In this document: piece after piece, positions 11,168 to 20,157 of the stretch | Layout: each line of letters starts with the position of its first letter | Position numbering within the stretch: the first letter of the stretch is position 1 | Source of the DNA: a virus | IMG/VR virus record: IMGVR_UViG_3300021960_009431 | Strand: one strand, 5' to 3' | DNA length: 64,000 bases | Translations under genes and position numbers: made by a program | The notes under the pieces: generated by a model | What the model was told of the DNA's origin: nothing | What the model saw: the letters and a program-made list of their open reading frames with translations, nothing else | Databases searched by the model: none

Positions 11168-12145
11168 GTGAATATATTAGTAAATGGTTACAATATTGAC
11201 AGTGTTGTATTTAATGTTATACTCAATAATGTACATATTGATTTAATTGATAATAAAAATAGAGAGTTAAATGGTTTTGAGATAGTACCTGACTTTTTAT
11301 TTAATGAATTCTGTGAAATATCTAATCTAGATAAAAACAAATTTTTTAAACAAGAAAATTTTTATATTATAGATAAATTAGAATTATTTGAAAAAATAAT
11401 TAATAATAGTCAATACAACATAGTTAATAATTATGATTTAAATAAATATGATATTCTTGTTGAATGTGAAAATGAAAAAACTATTTTTAATATTAGTAGT
11501 TCATCTATAAATGAAAAAAATATATTTTTTGATTTTTTAGCATCATATAATGGAGCGATAGATTTAAAGAATCAACTTATCTATGAAAAAAATATATATG
11601 GTATAATTAAAACTATAATATACAATAATAAAATTAATTTAGAGCTTTTCTACAGTAGTTATCTTACTACACCTAAATTAATTAAAAGCGAAATAAAAAA
11701 TTATTTAAAAAAACAATTCTCTATTCATATTCAAGATAATGATATAAACTGGTTACACAGTTTGTCTAAAAATACAAGCACAGTTTTTAATAATAATATT
11801 TTTAAATTAAATAATGATGTTTTATTCACTCCATTCAGTCGTTACAGCAAATTAACATATATTATTATAATTGCATTAAACTTTAAAAAAATACTTAATG
11901 AATTTAAAAACGTAGGGGATATTCGTAAACTAATTAATTTAAGTAATATGAATTTACATTCAAATGTAGATAACTATCATCTTGCTTATTTTAAAAATAA
12001 AAATTATAACAGTGAATTCTGGAATCTATATGACCAAGTTTCTTTCACTGAATATCTCAATTGTATTAAAACTAAAGAAAATTTTAATTTTTTAACTAAA
12101 AATAACCCGTTATATACATCTGCTGATTTTAAAAATATTATATAA
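11168..12145 (+). CDS. Very AT-rich hypothetical protein, possibly a divergent tryptophan-halogenase-like protein
   Basis: 325-aa ORF; N-terminal MNILVNG (Rossmann-like start) and C-terminal HLAYF...NSEFW. Confidence 0.45.
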   Translation: MNILVNGYNIDSVVFNVILNNVHIDLIDNKNRELNGFEIVPDFLFNEFCEISNLDKNKFFKQENFYIIDKLELFEKIINNSQYNIVNNYDLNKYDILVECENEKTIFNISSSSINEKNIFFDFLASYNGAIDLKNQLIYEKNIYGIIKTIIYNNKINLELFYSSYLTTPKLIKSEIKNYLKKQFSIHIQDNDINWLHSLSKNTSTVFNNNIFKLNNDVLFTPFSRYSKLTYIIIIALNFKKILNEFKNVGDIRKLINLSNMNLHSNVDNYHLAYFKNKNYNSEFWNLYDQVSFTEYLNCIKTKENFNFLTKNNPLYTSADFKNII

Positions 12146-12148
12146 TTT

Positions 12149-12197
12149 AACCCCTTAGATTGCTTGCTTATAAATATAGGTAAACAACTAAGGGGTT
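12149..12197 (+). promoter_or_regulatory. Hairpin with late promoter TATAAATA (12169-12176) at its apex and the gp13 RBS in its 3' arm
   Basis: AACCCCTTAG (12149-58) pairs with CTAAGGGGTT (12188-97); inner TTGCTTATA/TATAGGTAA. Confidence 0.7.
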
Positions 12198-12201
12198 TCC
12201 T

Positions 12202-12945
12202 ATGGCTCTACCAACTACACGTGAAGAACTAAAATCTTACTGTCTTCGTAATCTCGGTGCCCCAGTCATCGATATTAATGCTGATGCAGAGCAGCTTGAA
12301 GATAGAATAGATGAAGCAATAGAATACTATAGAGACTATCATTTTGATGGTACAGAAAGAATATTCTATAAGCACCAAGCAACAGCAGATGATATAGCAA
12401 ATGGTTATCTAACTGTGCCTGACTCTATATATGGAGTAACGGGCTGTTTTACTCTAGGTGGTACTTACTCAGTAAATAATCTATTTAATGTTCGTTATCA
12501 GATTCACTTAAACGATTTATACGACATGCTTCAATCATCTATTGTTCCATATCAAATGGCGATGACTCATATTAATATGCTTGAAGAAACATTTGTCGGT
12601 AAGCAACCAATTCGTTATAACAGACATACTAATAAAGTTTATATTGATACTGATTGGTCAGCTAAGATTCCAGTTGATTCATATATAATATTAGATTCTT
12701 ATCAAATTATAGACCCTGATATAAATTCAGATATGTATAGAGATAGATGGTTGTTAAGATATACCACTCAGCTTTTTAAACGTCAATGGGGTGAAAATTT
12801 AAAGAAATTTGAAGGTTTACAAATGCCTGGTGGATTAACTTTTAACGGTCAAAAAATCTATGAAGAAGCTATGGAAGAAATTCGTAAACTAGAAGATGAA
12901 ATGATTTCAAGCTACTCACTTCCAGTTCATGACATGATAGGTTAA
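12202..12945 (+). CDS. gp13: Neck protein gp13
   Basis: YCLRNLGAPVIDIN...QLEDRIDEAI; KRQWGENLKKFEGLQMPGG. Confidence 0.95.
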   Translation: MALPTTREELKSYCLRNLGAPVIDINADAEQLEDRIDEAIEYYRDYHFDGTERIFYKHQATADDIANGYLTVPDSIYGVTGCFTLGGTYSVNNLFNVRYQIHLNDLYDMLQSSIVPYQMAMTHINMLEETFVGKQPIRYNRHTNKVYIDTDWSAKIPVDSYIILDSYQIIDPDINSDMYRDRWLLRYTTQLFKRQWGENLKKFEGLQMPGGLTFNGQKIYEEAMEEIRKLEDEMISSYSLPVHDMIG

Positions 12946-12947
12946 CC

Positions 12948-13799
12948 ATGGCTACTAACAAGTATTTTAATAACTTTAGTTATGGTCGAGAACAAGATTT
13001 AGTTGAAGATTTAACGATCGAAGCAATTAAAATTTACGGTCATAATATAAAATATTTACCTCGTACTCGAGTTAACACTGATAATTTATTCGGTGAAGAT
13101 ACTTTGTCCTCGTTTGACGAAGGTATCGATATTGAAATGTATATTAAAAATACTGAAGGGTTCGAAGGTGAAGGTGATTTACTTTCACGTTTTGGTTTAG
13201 AGATTAGAGATAGTGTTACATTTACTGTAGCTCGTAAACGTTTCGATCAATCTATTACATCACCTAAAATTTTAACTGAAGTAGGTTATAATATGATATT
13301 CGAAGATGGTAGTACAACCACTCCATCAAGACAGTATCTATCTGGTTCTCAAGACACCGATGCGTTTATGCTAGAAGGCGATGATTATCTTAATACTATA
13401 AACAGACCTCAAGAAGGAGATTTAATTTACTTTCCTATGGTTGGTAAATTATTTGAGATTAAATTTGTAGAGCATGAACAAATATTTTATCAAACTGGTA
13501 GACTTCAGACATATGATGTTCGTTGTGAATTATTTGAATACAGTTCAGAACGAATTGATACAGGTGATAGTACAATTGATGCTATAGAAGATAGATATAC
13601 TCTTAATACCCTCGGGTACGAGTTCGTCCTGGAAGATCAATCAGGAGTTGTTAATCTTGAAGGCGGTGGTTCATTACTACAAGAATATACTATTGAGACA
13701 ATAGACAAATCAGCTAATAATTCTTACTTCCAACTTGAATCAGAAAGTATTTTAGACTTTAGTGAGACTAATCCGTTCTCAGAGATTGATAGGTATTAA
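12948..13799 (+). CDS. gp14: Neck protein gp14
   Basis: EQDLVEDLTIEAIKIYG; RPQEGDLIYFP; FEIKFVEHE; DFSETNPF. Confidence 0.95.
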   Translation: MATNKYFNNFSYGREQDLVEDLTIEAIKIYGHNIKYLPRTRVNTDNLFGEDTLSSFDEGIDIEMYIKNTEGFEGEGDLLSRFGLEIRDSVTFTVARKRFDQSITSPKILTEVGYNMIFEDGSTTTPSRQYLSGSQDTDAFMLEGDDYLNTINRPQEGDLIYFPMVGKLFEIKFVEHEQIFYQTGRLQTYDVRCELFEYSSERIDTGDSTIDAIEDRYTLNTLGYEFVLEDQSGVVNLEGGGSLLQEYTIETIDKSANNSYFQLESESILDFSETNPFSEIDRY

Positions 13800-13801
13800 A
13801 C

Positions 13802-14599
13802 ATGTTTGGTAGAACTTTTTATCACGGTACATTAAGAAAGTTTGTAGTAGTATTTGGGAATATGTTCAACGGAATATATGTTCAGAGATTTAATTCAAGT
13901 AATGAAAGAGTGCAAACTTTAAAAATACCTATCTCATATGGTCCTAAAGAAAAATTTCTTATACGTTTGGCTCAAGATCCCAATTTAGATCAAGATGTAG
14001 CTATATCTCTCCCAAGAATGGGATTTGAAATGGTAGGGCTAAATTATGCAGCTAATAGAAAATTACCTTCTTCAATAAAACATTCTAAAGTTAATAGAGA
14101 AGATAACAATAATTTAACTACACAACGTATTCCTGTACCTTATGATATTCAATTTACTTTAAGTATATTTGTAAAAAATGCTGATGATGGTACACAAATA
14201 TTAGAACAGATATTACCTTATTTTCAACCTGAGTGGACTAATAGCGTAAGACTTCAGCCAGAATTAGATTTAGTTTATGATGTACCTGTAATACTAAACG
14301 ATGTAAATGTAGAAGATACTTATGAAGGTGATTTTGCTGCACGGAGAGCATTAATTTGGAATTTAAATTTTACTATGAAAGGTTTTATGTTTGGTCCTAT
14401 ATCTACTACAGGTGTTATTAGAAGATCTATAATCGACTTAGGTAATTTAAATAACACAACAGCATTAGAAAGAGTAAATTCGCAGCCAGGTTTAAAAGCT
14501 GATGGTACACCTACATCTAATAATGCACTATCAGTACCTATCAGTGATATTGATGCAGATGATGATTATGGAATTTCAACGGATATAAATGATGTCTAA
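13802..14599 (+). CDS. gp15: Tail sheath stabilizer/terminator gp15
   Basis: PISYGPKEKFL; LPRMGFEM; QILEQILPYFQP. Confidence 0.95.
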   Translation: MFGRTFYHGTLRKFVVVFGNMFNGIYVQRFNSSNERVQTLKIPISYGPKEKFLIRLAQDPNLDQDVAISLPRMGFEMVGLNYAANRKLPSSIKHSKVNREDNNNLTTQRIPVPYDIQFTLSIFVKNADDGTQILEQILPYFQPEWTNSVRLQPELDLVYDVPVILNDVNVEDTYEGDFAARRALIWNLNFTMKGFMFGPISTTGVIRRSIIDLGNLNNTTALERVNSQPGLKADGTPTSNNALSVPISDIDADDDYGISTDINDV

Positions 14600-15008
14600 A
14601 AAATCAAAGTTTGAAAATAATTTCGAAAATATATTTAATTTACCTGATAGTCCACCTTTAGTAAAAGATGTAGAGCTTGTAAAGCCTGATACAACTAAAG
14701 ATGATATTGAAAGCGATTATAAGTATGCAAGAGAAAATCTTTATAATGCTATTGAGAGAGGTTCAGATGCCTTAGAAGAGCTAGTAGAGTTAGCTAAACA
14801 AAGTCAAAGTCCTAGAGCGTTTGAAATTGTTGGTCAGATGATTAAAACTTTAACTGATTCAAATAAAGATTTGTTAGAGATTCAGAAAAAAGTAAAAGAT
14901 TTAAAACGTGAAGAGAAATCTAAAGGTCCTAATAATGTAACTAATGCATTATTTGTAGGAAATACAGCTGAGCTTCAAAAAATGTTAAAGGATAATAGTG
15001 ATGTATGA
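14589..15008 (+). CDS. gp16: Terminase small subunit gp16
   Basis: DYKYARENLY; SPRAFEIVGQMIK; NALFVGNTAELQKML. Confidence 0.93.
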   Translation: MMSKKSKFENNFENIFNLPDSPPLVKDVELVKPDTTKDDIESDYKYARENLYNAIERGSDALEELVELAKQSQSPRAFEIVGQMIKTLTDSNKDLLEIQKKVKDLKREEKSKGPNNVTNALFVGNTAELQKMLKDNSDV

Positions 15009-15411
15009 GTATAGATGTAAATTGAGAAAAGTAGTAGACGGTGATACAGTAGATATTGATGTTGATTTAGGTTTCGGTGTTTGGTTACAAGATGAAAGAG
15101 TTAGATTGTATGGTATTGATACCCCCGAATCAAGAACTCGCGATTTAGAAGAAAAAAAATACGGCTTAGCCGCAAAAGAATATGTTGAGAATTTTCTGGA
15201 TGATGAGTGGTTGACTCTTAAAACAAAAGAGTATGACTCTAAGGGTAAGTTTGGTAGAATATTAGGAGAACTGTGGAGAACCTCTAGTTATGCTGATAAG
15301 TCATTAAACGATTATCTAGTTGAAAAACATCACGCCGTCCCTTATCTAGGACAGTCTAAAGAAGATATCGCTGAGCAGCATTTACTAAATAGATCTAAAC
15401 TAAATCTATAA
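15001..15411 (+). CDS. Thermonuclease (SNase) family nuclease
   Basis: VVDGDT, VRLYGIDTPE and GKFGRILG motifs. Confidence 0.88.
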   Translation: MYEYRCKLRKVVDGDTVDIDVDLGFGVWLQDERVRLYGIDTPESRTRDLEEKKYGLAAKEYVENFLDDEWLTLKTKEYDSKGKFGRILGELWRTSSYADKSLNDYLVEKHHAVPYLGQSKEDIAEQHLLNRSKLNL

Positions 15412-15431
15412 CCTTAAACAACTACACGTTG

Positions 15432-15460
15432 ATTATAGTATAATATGAAAAGAAGTGCAA
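15432..15460 (-). promoter_or_regulatory. Antisense sigma70-type promoter TTGCAC-N17-TATAAT
   Basis: Minus strand reads CAGTTGCAC-ttcttttcatattatac-TATAAT-caacgtgtagt, the same architecture as the + strand early promoters. Confidence 0.65.
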
Positions 15461-15467
15461 CTGATAA

Positions 15468-17090
15468 ATGCCAGAAATTTACTTAGGAAATCAAAATTTA
15501 AAAGCTGCCGGCGTTCAAGTTGAGTTTACTCAAGATAGCGTTATGGAGTATCTTAAGTGTGCTCGTGATCCTATTTACTTTATAAAAAAACATTTACAAA
15601 TTGTAAGTATTGATGAAGGTCTTGTACCATTTGAGCTCTGGGATTTCCAAGAGACGATGGTAAAAACATTTGAAGATAATCGATTTAGTATATGTAAGTT
15701 ACCTAGACAGGTTGGTAAAACCACAACTGTAGCAGCTTATATTTTATGGAAGGTATTATTTACTGAGCAATACTCAGTTGCTATTCTTGCGAATAAAATG
15801 GCTCAAGCAAGAGAAATACTTGGGCGTATACAATTAATGTATGAGCATCTACCTAAATGGATGCAACAAGGTATCGTAGAATGGAACAAAGGTAATATTA
15901 GATTAGAAAATGGTTCTGAAATACTTGCTTCTGCTACTTCATCAAGTGCTATTCGAGGTACATCTCAAAACTTAATTTATCTTGATGAGTTTGCATTTGT
16001 ACCTAATAATTTACAAGAAGAGTTTTTCACATCAGTATTTCCTACTATTTCATCTGGTAAGTCGTCTAAAGTATTAATTACATCTACCCCAAATGGAATG
16101 AATATGTTCTATAAATTATGGGTAGATAGTGAAGAAAATAGAAATGATTATGAAAGGGTAGAAATTCACTGGTCTAATGTTCCAGGTAGAGATGAAAAAT
16201 GGCGAGAAGAAACTATTCGAGCCACATCTGAAGAGCAGTTTAGACAAGAGTTTGAGACAGAATTTTTAGGAAGTACTAATACTTTAATTCATCCTACTGT
16301 ACTAAAACGGTTAGTATTTAAATCACCTCTATATAAGAAAAATGGGTTTGATTGTTATCATGAACCAGAACCAAAAAGAAATTATATAGTAGTCTGTGAT
16401 GTCTCTAGAGGTGTAGGTATGGATTATTCTGCATTTATTGTTTTTGATATTACTGAATATCCATACAGAGCAGTAGGTAAATATAGAAGTAAAGAAATAT
16501 CTCCTATGATTTACCCTAATGTAATCTACGACACGGCTCGAAAATATAATAATGCATTTGTATTAGTAGAAGTTAATGATATTGGTGAACAAGTTTCTAA
16601 TATATTATATCAAGATTTAGAATATGAGAATATGTTAAGTACTGTGTATAGAAGTGGAACACAACATATATCAGCTGGTTTTGCTGGAAGACAGCAAATG
16701 GGAGTTAGAACTACAAAAGCTGTTAAGCGCGTAGGGTGTTCAACTCTTAAAGATATGGTAGAACAAGATAAGCTTATAATTGAAGATTATGATTATATAT
16801 TTGAACTGTCTAACTTTGTATCACGTAAAGAAAGTTATGAAGCTGAAGAAGGAATGCATGATGATTTAGTTATGTGTTCAGTTTTATTTGCTTGGTTAGT
16901 TCGTCAAGAATATTTTAAGGATATAACAAATGATGATTTGAGAAAAAGACTTTATGAAGAAAATCAGCGAATGATTGAAGAAGATATACTTCCTTTTGGT
17001 TTTTATGACGATGGACAAGAAGAAGAAGGTATTATAAATATTGATGAAAGAAGAATCGGCTGGTCTTTGCCAGACAACCGTGATTTGTGA
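15468..17090 (+). CDS. gp17: Terminase large subunit gp17
   Basis: PRQVGKTT Walker A; IYLDEFAF Walker B; STPNG; HDDLVM nuclease motif. Confidence 0.97.
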   Translation: MPEIYLGNQNLKAAGVQVEFTQDSVMEYLKCARDPIYFIKKHLQIVSIDEGLVPFELWDFQETMVKTFEDNRFSICKLPRQVGKTTTVAAYILWKVLFTEQYSVAILANKMAQAREILGRIQLMYEHLPKWMQQGIVEWNKGNIRLENGSEILASATSSSAIRGTSQNLIYLDEFAFVPNNLQEEFFTSVFPTISSGKSSKVLITSTPNGMNMFYKLWVDSEENRNDYERVEIHWSNVPGRDEKWREETIRATSEEQFRQEFETEFLGSTNTLIHPTVLKRLVFKSPLYKKNGFDCYHEPEPKRNYIVVCDVSRGVGMDYSAFIVFDITEYPYRAVGKYRSKEISPMIYPNVIYDTARKYNNAFVLVEVNDIGEQVSNILYQDLEYENMLSTVYRSGTQHISAGFAGRQQMGVRTTKAVKRVGCSTLKDMVEQDKLIIEDYDYIFELSNFVSRKESYEAEEGMHDDLVMCSVLFAWLVRQEYFKDITNDDLRKRLYEENQRMIEEDILPFGFYDDGQEEEGIINIDERRIGWSLPDNRDL

Positions 17091-17102
17091 AAGACATAAT
17101 AT

Positions 17103-17110
17103 TATAAATA
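17103..17110 (+). promoter_or_regulatory. Late promoter (second copy at 17033-17040)
   Basis: TATAAATA upstream of gp18. Confidence 0.75.
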
Positions 17111-17147
17111 AAAAGAGAATTAAAAGCCTCATTAAAGGAGAATAATC

Positions 17148-19070
17148 ATGCCATTTCAAGTATCACCGGGCATCAATGTCAGTGAAATTGATCTTACTGC
17201 GGTTGTTCCTGCTGTTTCTACAACTACTGCAGGCATCGCTGGTCATTATCGTTGGGGGCCTGTTAATACGGCCACATTGATATCCTCAGAAGATAACCTG
17301 GTTAGTCAATTTGGAAAACCAGTGACAGCGACCGCAACAGACTTTTTTACTGCAGCCAACTTTTTAGCATACGGTAATGCATTGTTTGTTACACGTGCTG
17401 AAAATGCAACAATGTCAAACGCACATTGTAACGCAGCTAATACAGTTGTAACAAGAATAGATAGTGATGAAGATTATGATAATAATCATGCGTCAGGAAC
17501 GTCTAATGTAGGACGATTTATTGCTAAATTCCCAGGTGAGTTAGGTAACTCACTAAAAGTATCAGTGTGTGCTTCAGCTGCTGCATATAAATCAACATTG
17601 ACTGGAACATTTAGTGTAACATCGAATACAACTACTATTACATTTTCTGCTAACCAATCATCTGCAATTGCAGCAGGTGATTTGCTAGAAATTGGTTCAT
17701 CTACAGGTGCAAAACAAACACGTAAAATTGAATCAGTAGCTGCAAACGGTACCTCAGCAACGCTATCCTCACGCTATACAGGGGATACGTTGTCAGCTAA
17801 TACATCACTTACACGTAAGTGGGAATATGCTGTAAATACAGATAGAGCGCCAGGTACATCACAATCAGCGACTAATGCAGGTGCATCTGCTGATGAACTT
17901 CATATTGTAGTTGCAGATGAAGACGGACTATGGACTGGTACTAAAGGTCAAGTGCTGGAAGTATTTCAAAACCTATCTATGGCTTCAGATGCAAGAACAG
18001 ATGAAGGCGCAGGTAACTTTTACAAAACAGTAATTAATAATAATTCTAGATATCTATGGTGGGCTGCACACACCAGTGTAGGTACAAATGCAGGTACATC
18101 AGTAAATGGTGGAACTACATATACAGGCTCGACTACTCCATTAACTGATTCATTAGTCAATGGCGTCGACGGTTCAGCACCTACTAACGCAAACCTAATT
18201 ACAGCTTATGATAACTTTAAATCATCAGAAGATATCGATTTATCCTTTGTACTAGGTTCTGGTAACGGTCAAACAGTAGCAACTCATATTATTGATAATA
18301 TAGCTAACACAAGAAAAGATTTGCTAGCTGTTATTTCACCACCTAGAAGTGCTGTAGTTAATAATAGCACATATGAAGGTAAAGAACAAGCAGATATTAT
18401 TGCATATCGCGATACACTAACATCATCTTCTTATGTAACACTGGATTCTGGTTGGAAATATCAATACGACAAATATAATGATGTATACAGATATGTTCCA
18501 GCTAATGGAGATACAGCAGGTCTAATGGTCCGTGCTGATTCAACTAATGATCCATGGTTCTCACCAGCTGGTTTTAGTCGTGGTCAGATGAAAAATGTTA
18601 TTAAACTTGCTTATAACCCGAGTAAAGCTGATAGAGACGAATTGTATAAGAACGGTATTAACCCTGTAGTTACTTTCCCAGGACAAGGTACTGTATTGTA
18701 CGGCGACAAAACAATGCTTGCTGCACCAAGTGCGTTTGATAGAATTAATGTAAGAAGACTATTCATTGTTCTAGAAAAAGCAATTACACTTGCATCTCAA
18801 TCAACCTTATTCGAATTCAATGATGAATTTACAAGATCTCAATTTAGAAATCTGGTAGAACCATTCCTTAGAGAAGTACAAGGACGAAGAGGTATCTCAG
18901 ACTTTAAAGTAGTTTGTGATGGTACTAACAACACCGGAGAAGTAATAGATAGAAATGAATTTGTAGGTGATATTTACATTAAACCTGCACGTTCTATCAA
19001 CTTTATCCAATTAAACTTCGTAGCAGTAAGAACTGGGGTAGAATTCTCAGAAATCGTTGGTCAAGTATAA
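17148..19070 (+). CDS. gp18: Tail sheath protein gp18
   Basis: SPGINVSEID; PWFSPAG; FDRINVRRLF; IKPARSINFI. Confidence 0.97.
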   Translation: MPFQVSPGINVSEIDLTAVVPAVSTTTAGIAGHYRWGPVNTATLISSEDNLVSQFGKPVTATATDFFTAANFLAYGNALFVTRAENATMSNAHCNAANTVVTRIDSDEDYDNNHASGTSNVGRFIAKFPGELGNSLKVSVCASAAAYKSTLTGTFSVTSNTTTITFSANQSSAIAAGDLLEIGSSTGAKQTRKIESVAANGTSATLSSRYTGDTLSANTSLTRKWEYAVNTDRAPGTSQSATNAGASADELHIVVADEDGLWTGTKGQVLEVFQNLSMASDARTDEGAGNFYKTVINNNSRYLWWAAHTSVGTNAGTSVNGGTTYTGSTTPLTDSLVNGVDGSAPTNANLITAYDNFKSSEDIDLSFVLGSGNGQTVATHIIDNIANTRKDLLAVISPPRSAVVNNSTYEGKEQADIIAYRDTLTSSSYVTLDSGWKYQYDKYNDVYRYVPANGDTAGLMVRADSTNDPWFSPAGFSRGQMKNVIKLAYNPSKADRDELYKNGINPVVTFPGQGTVLYGDKTMLAAPSAFDRINVRRLFIVLEKAITLASQSTLFEFNDEFTRSQFRNLVEPFLREVQGRRGISDFKVVCDGTNNTGEVIDRNEFVGDIYIKPARSINFIQLNFVAVRTGVEFSEIVGQV

Positions 19071-19101
19071 TAAATACATATAAAGGTTAAGGAGAAAAAC
19101 T

Positions 19102-19653
19102 ATGGCTTTTAACATTAACGATTTCAGAGGGGAACTTGAGTTTGGAGGAGCCCGCTCCTCCCTCTTTGAAGTCACAATGACAAATCCGCTAAACGCGGCT
19201 GGGGACAGCAAGTTTAGATTTCTTTGTCGTGCTGCACAAGTTCCAGCGGCTACAGTAGGGGTTGTAACGACCCCTTACTTCGGTCGTCAGGTAAAGCACG
19301 CTGGAAACAGAACTTTCGATCCATGGACAGTAACTATTATTAATGATGAAGATTTTCTTATTCGAAATGCTTTAGAGCAATGGAATACTGAAATTAACAC
19401 ATTAGAAGGTAACGTAAGAACACCGTCTGCTGGCGTAGCTACATATAAGACAGGCGCTGCTGATGTTATTCAATATAGCAAAGCAGGTGGTGCAATTAGA
19501 TCTTATAAGTTTGTAGGTATGTGGTGTTCAGATCTATCAGCGATGGATTTGAGCTGGGATTCTGAAGCAATTCAAGAATTCACTGCTACTTTCCAATATG
19601 ATTATTGGGTTCCAGGAACTATTGGATCTACAACCGCTTCGGCAGTAGTATAA
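19102..19653 (+). CDS. gp19: Tail tube protein gp19
   Basis: GGARSSLFEV; GNRTFDPWTVTIINDEDF; F.ATFQYDYW. Confidence 0.95.
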   Translation: MAFNINDFRGELEFGGARSSLFEVTMTNPLNAAGDSKFRFLCRAAQVPAATVGVVTTPYFGRQVKHAGNRTFDPWTVTIINDEDFLIRNALEQWNTEINTLEGNVRTPSAGVATYKTGAADVIQYSKAGGAIRSYKFVGMWCSDLSAMDLSWDSEAIQEFTATFQYDYWVPGTIGSTTASAVV

Positions 19654-19673
19654 CAGAAACGAGGTAGTATATT

Positions 19674-20081
19674 ATGGCTAACCAGCTATATCCTAAAGCA
19701 AAAGAGGATTTTCTTGCAGGTAATTTGAATTTATCTAGTAATACTGTAACAATTGCATTAATAGATACTGATGTTTACACATTTAGTAGTGCACATGAGG
19801 ACAGGGCAGATATTCCTAACTCAGCAGTTGTTTCAACATCAGCTTTAGCTAATAAAGCTATTACTAATGGTGTTTTTGATGCAGATGACGCTACTTTTAG
19901 CTCAGTATCTGGTGCGAACTGTGAGGCATTAATCCTTTACCATACCGACGCAGAAGGCGGTAATGCAACATCGAGATTAATCGCTTATATTGACACTGCT
20001 ACAGGTCTTCCAATCCTACCTAACGGTGGTGATATTACTGTACGATTCTCGAGTGGTGCAAGTAAAATCTTTGCTCTTTAA
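19674..20081 (+). CDS. Hypothetical virion protein
   Basis: 135-aa ORF with SD GAGG; FDADD.TF...LIAYID...PNGGDITV.F pattern seen in phage tail proteins. Confidence 0.6.
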   Translation: MANQLYPKAKEDFLAGNLNLSSNTVTIALIDTDVYTFSSAHEDRADIPNSAVVSTSALANKAITNGVFDADDATFSSVSGANCEALILYHTDAEGGNATSRLIAYIDTATGLPILPNGGDITVRFSSGASKIFAL

Positions 20082-20107
20082 CTGAGTAACACCTGAAAAC
20101 CTAGGAG

Positions 20108-20140
20108 AGGGGGTACTATAAATATAGTATACCCCCTTTT
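20108..20140 (+). terminator. Palindromic hairpin/terminator enclosing late promoter TATAAATA (20117-20124)
   Basis: AGGGGGTA...TACCCCCT followed by TTT; inner TACTATA/TATAGTA. Confidence 0.65.
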
Positions 20141-20157
20141 CTATATCGAGGATAAAA

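Noticed and set aside
19144-19161. GGAGGAG-CCCG-CTCCTCC hairpin in gp19
   Set aside because: It encodes the conserved GGARSS peptide; no clear U-tract or independent support.
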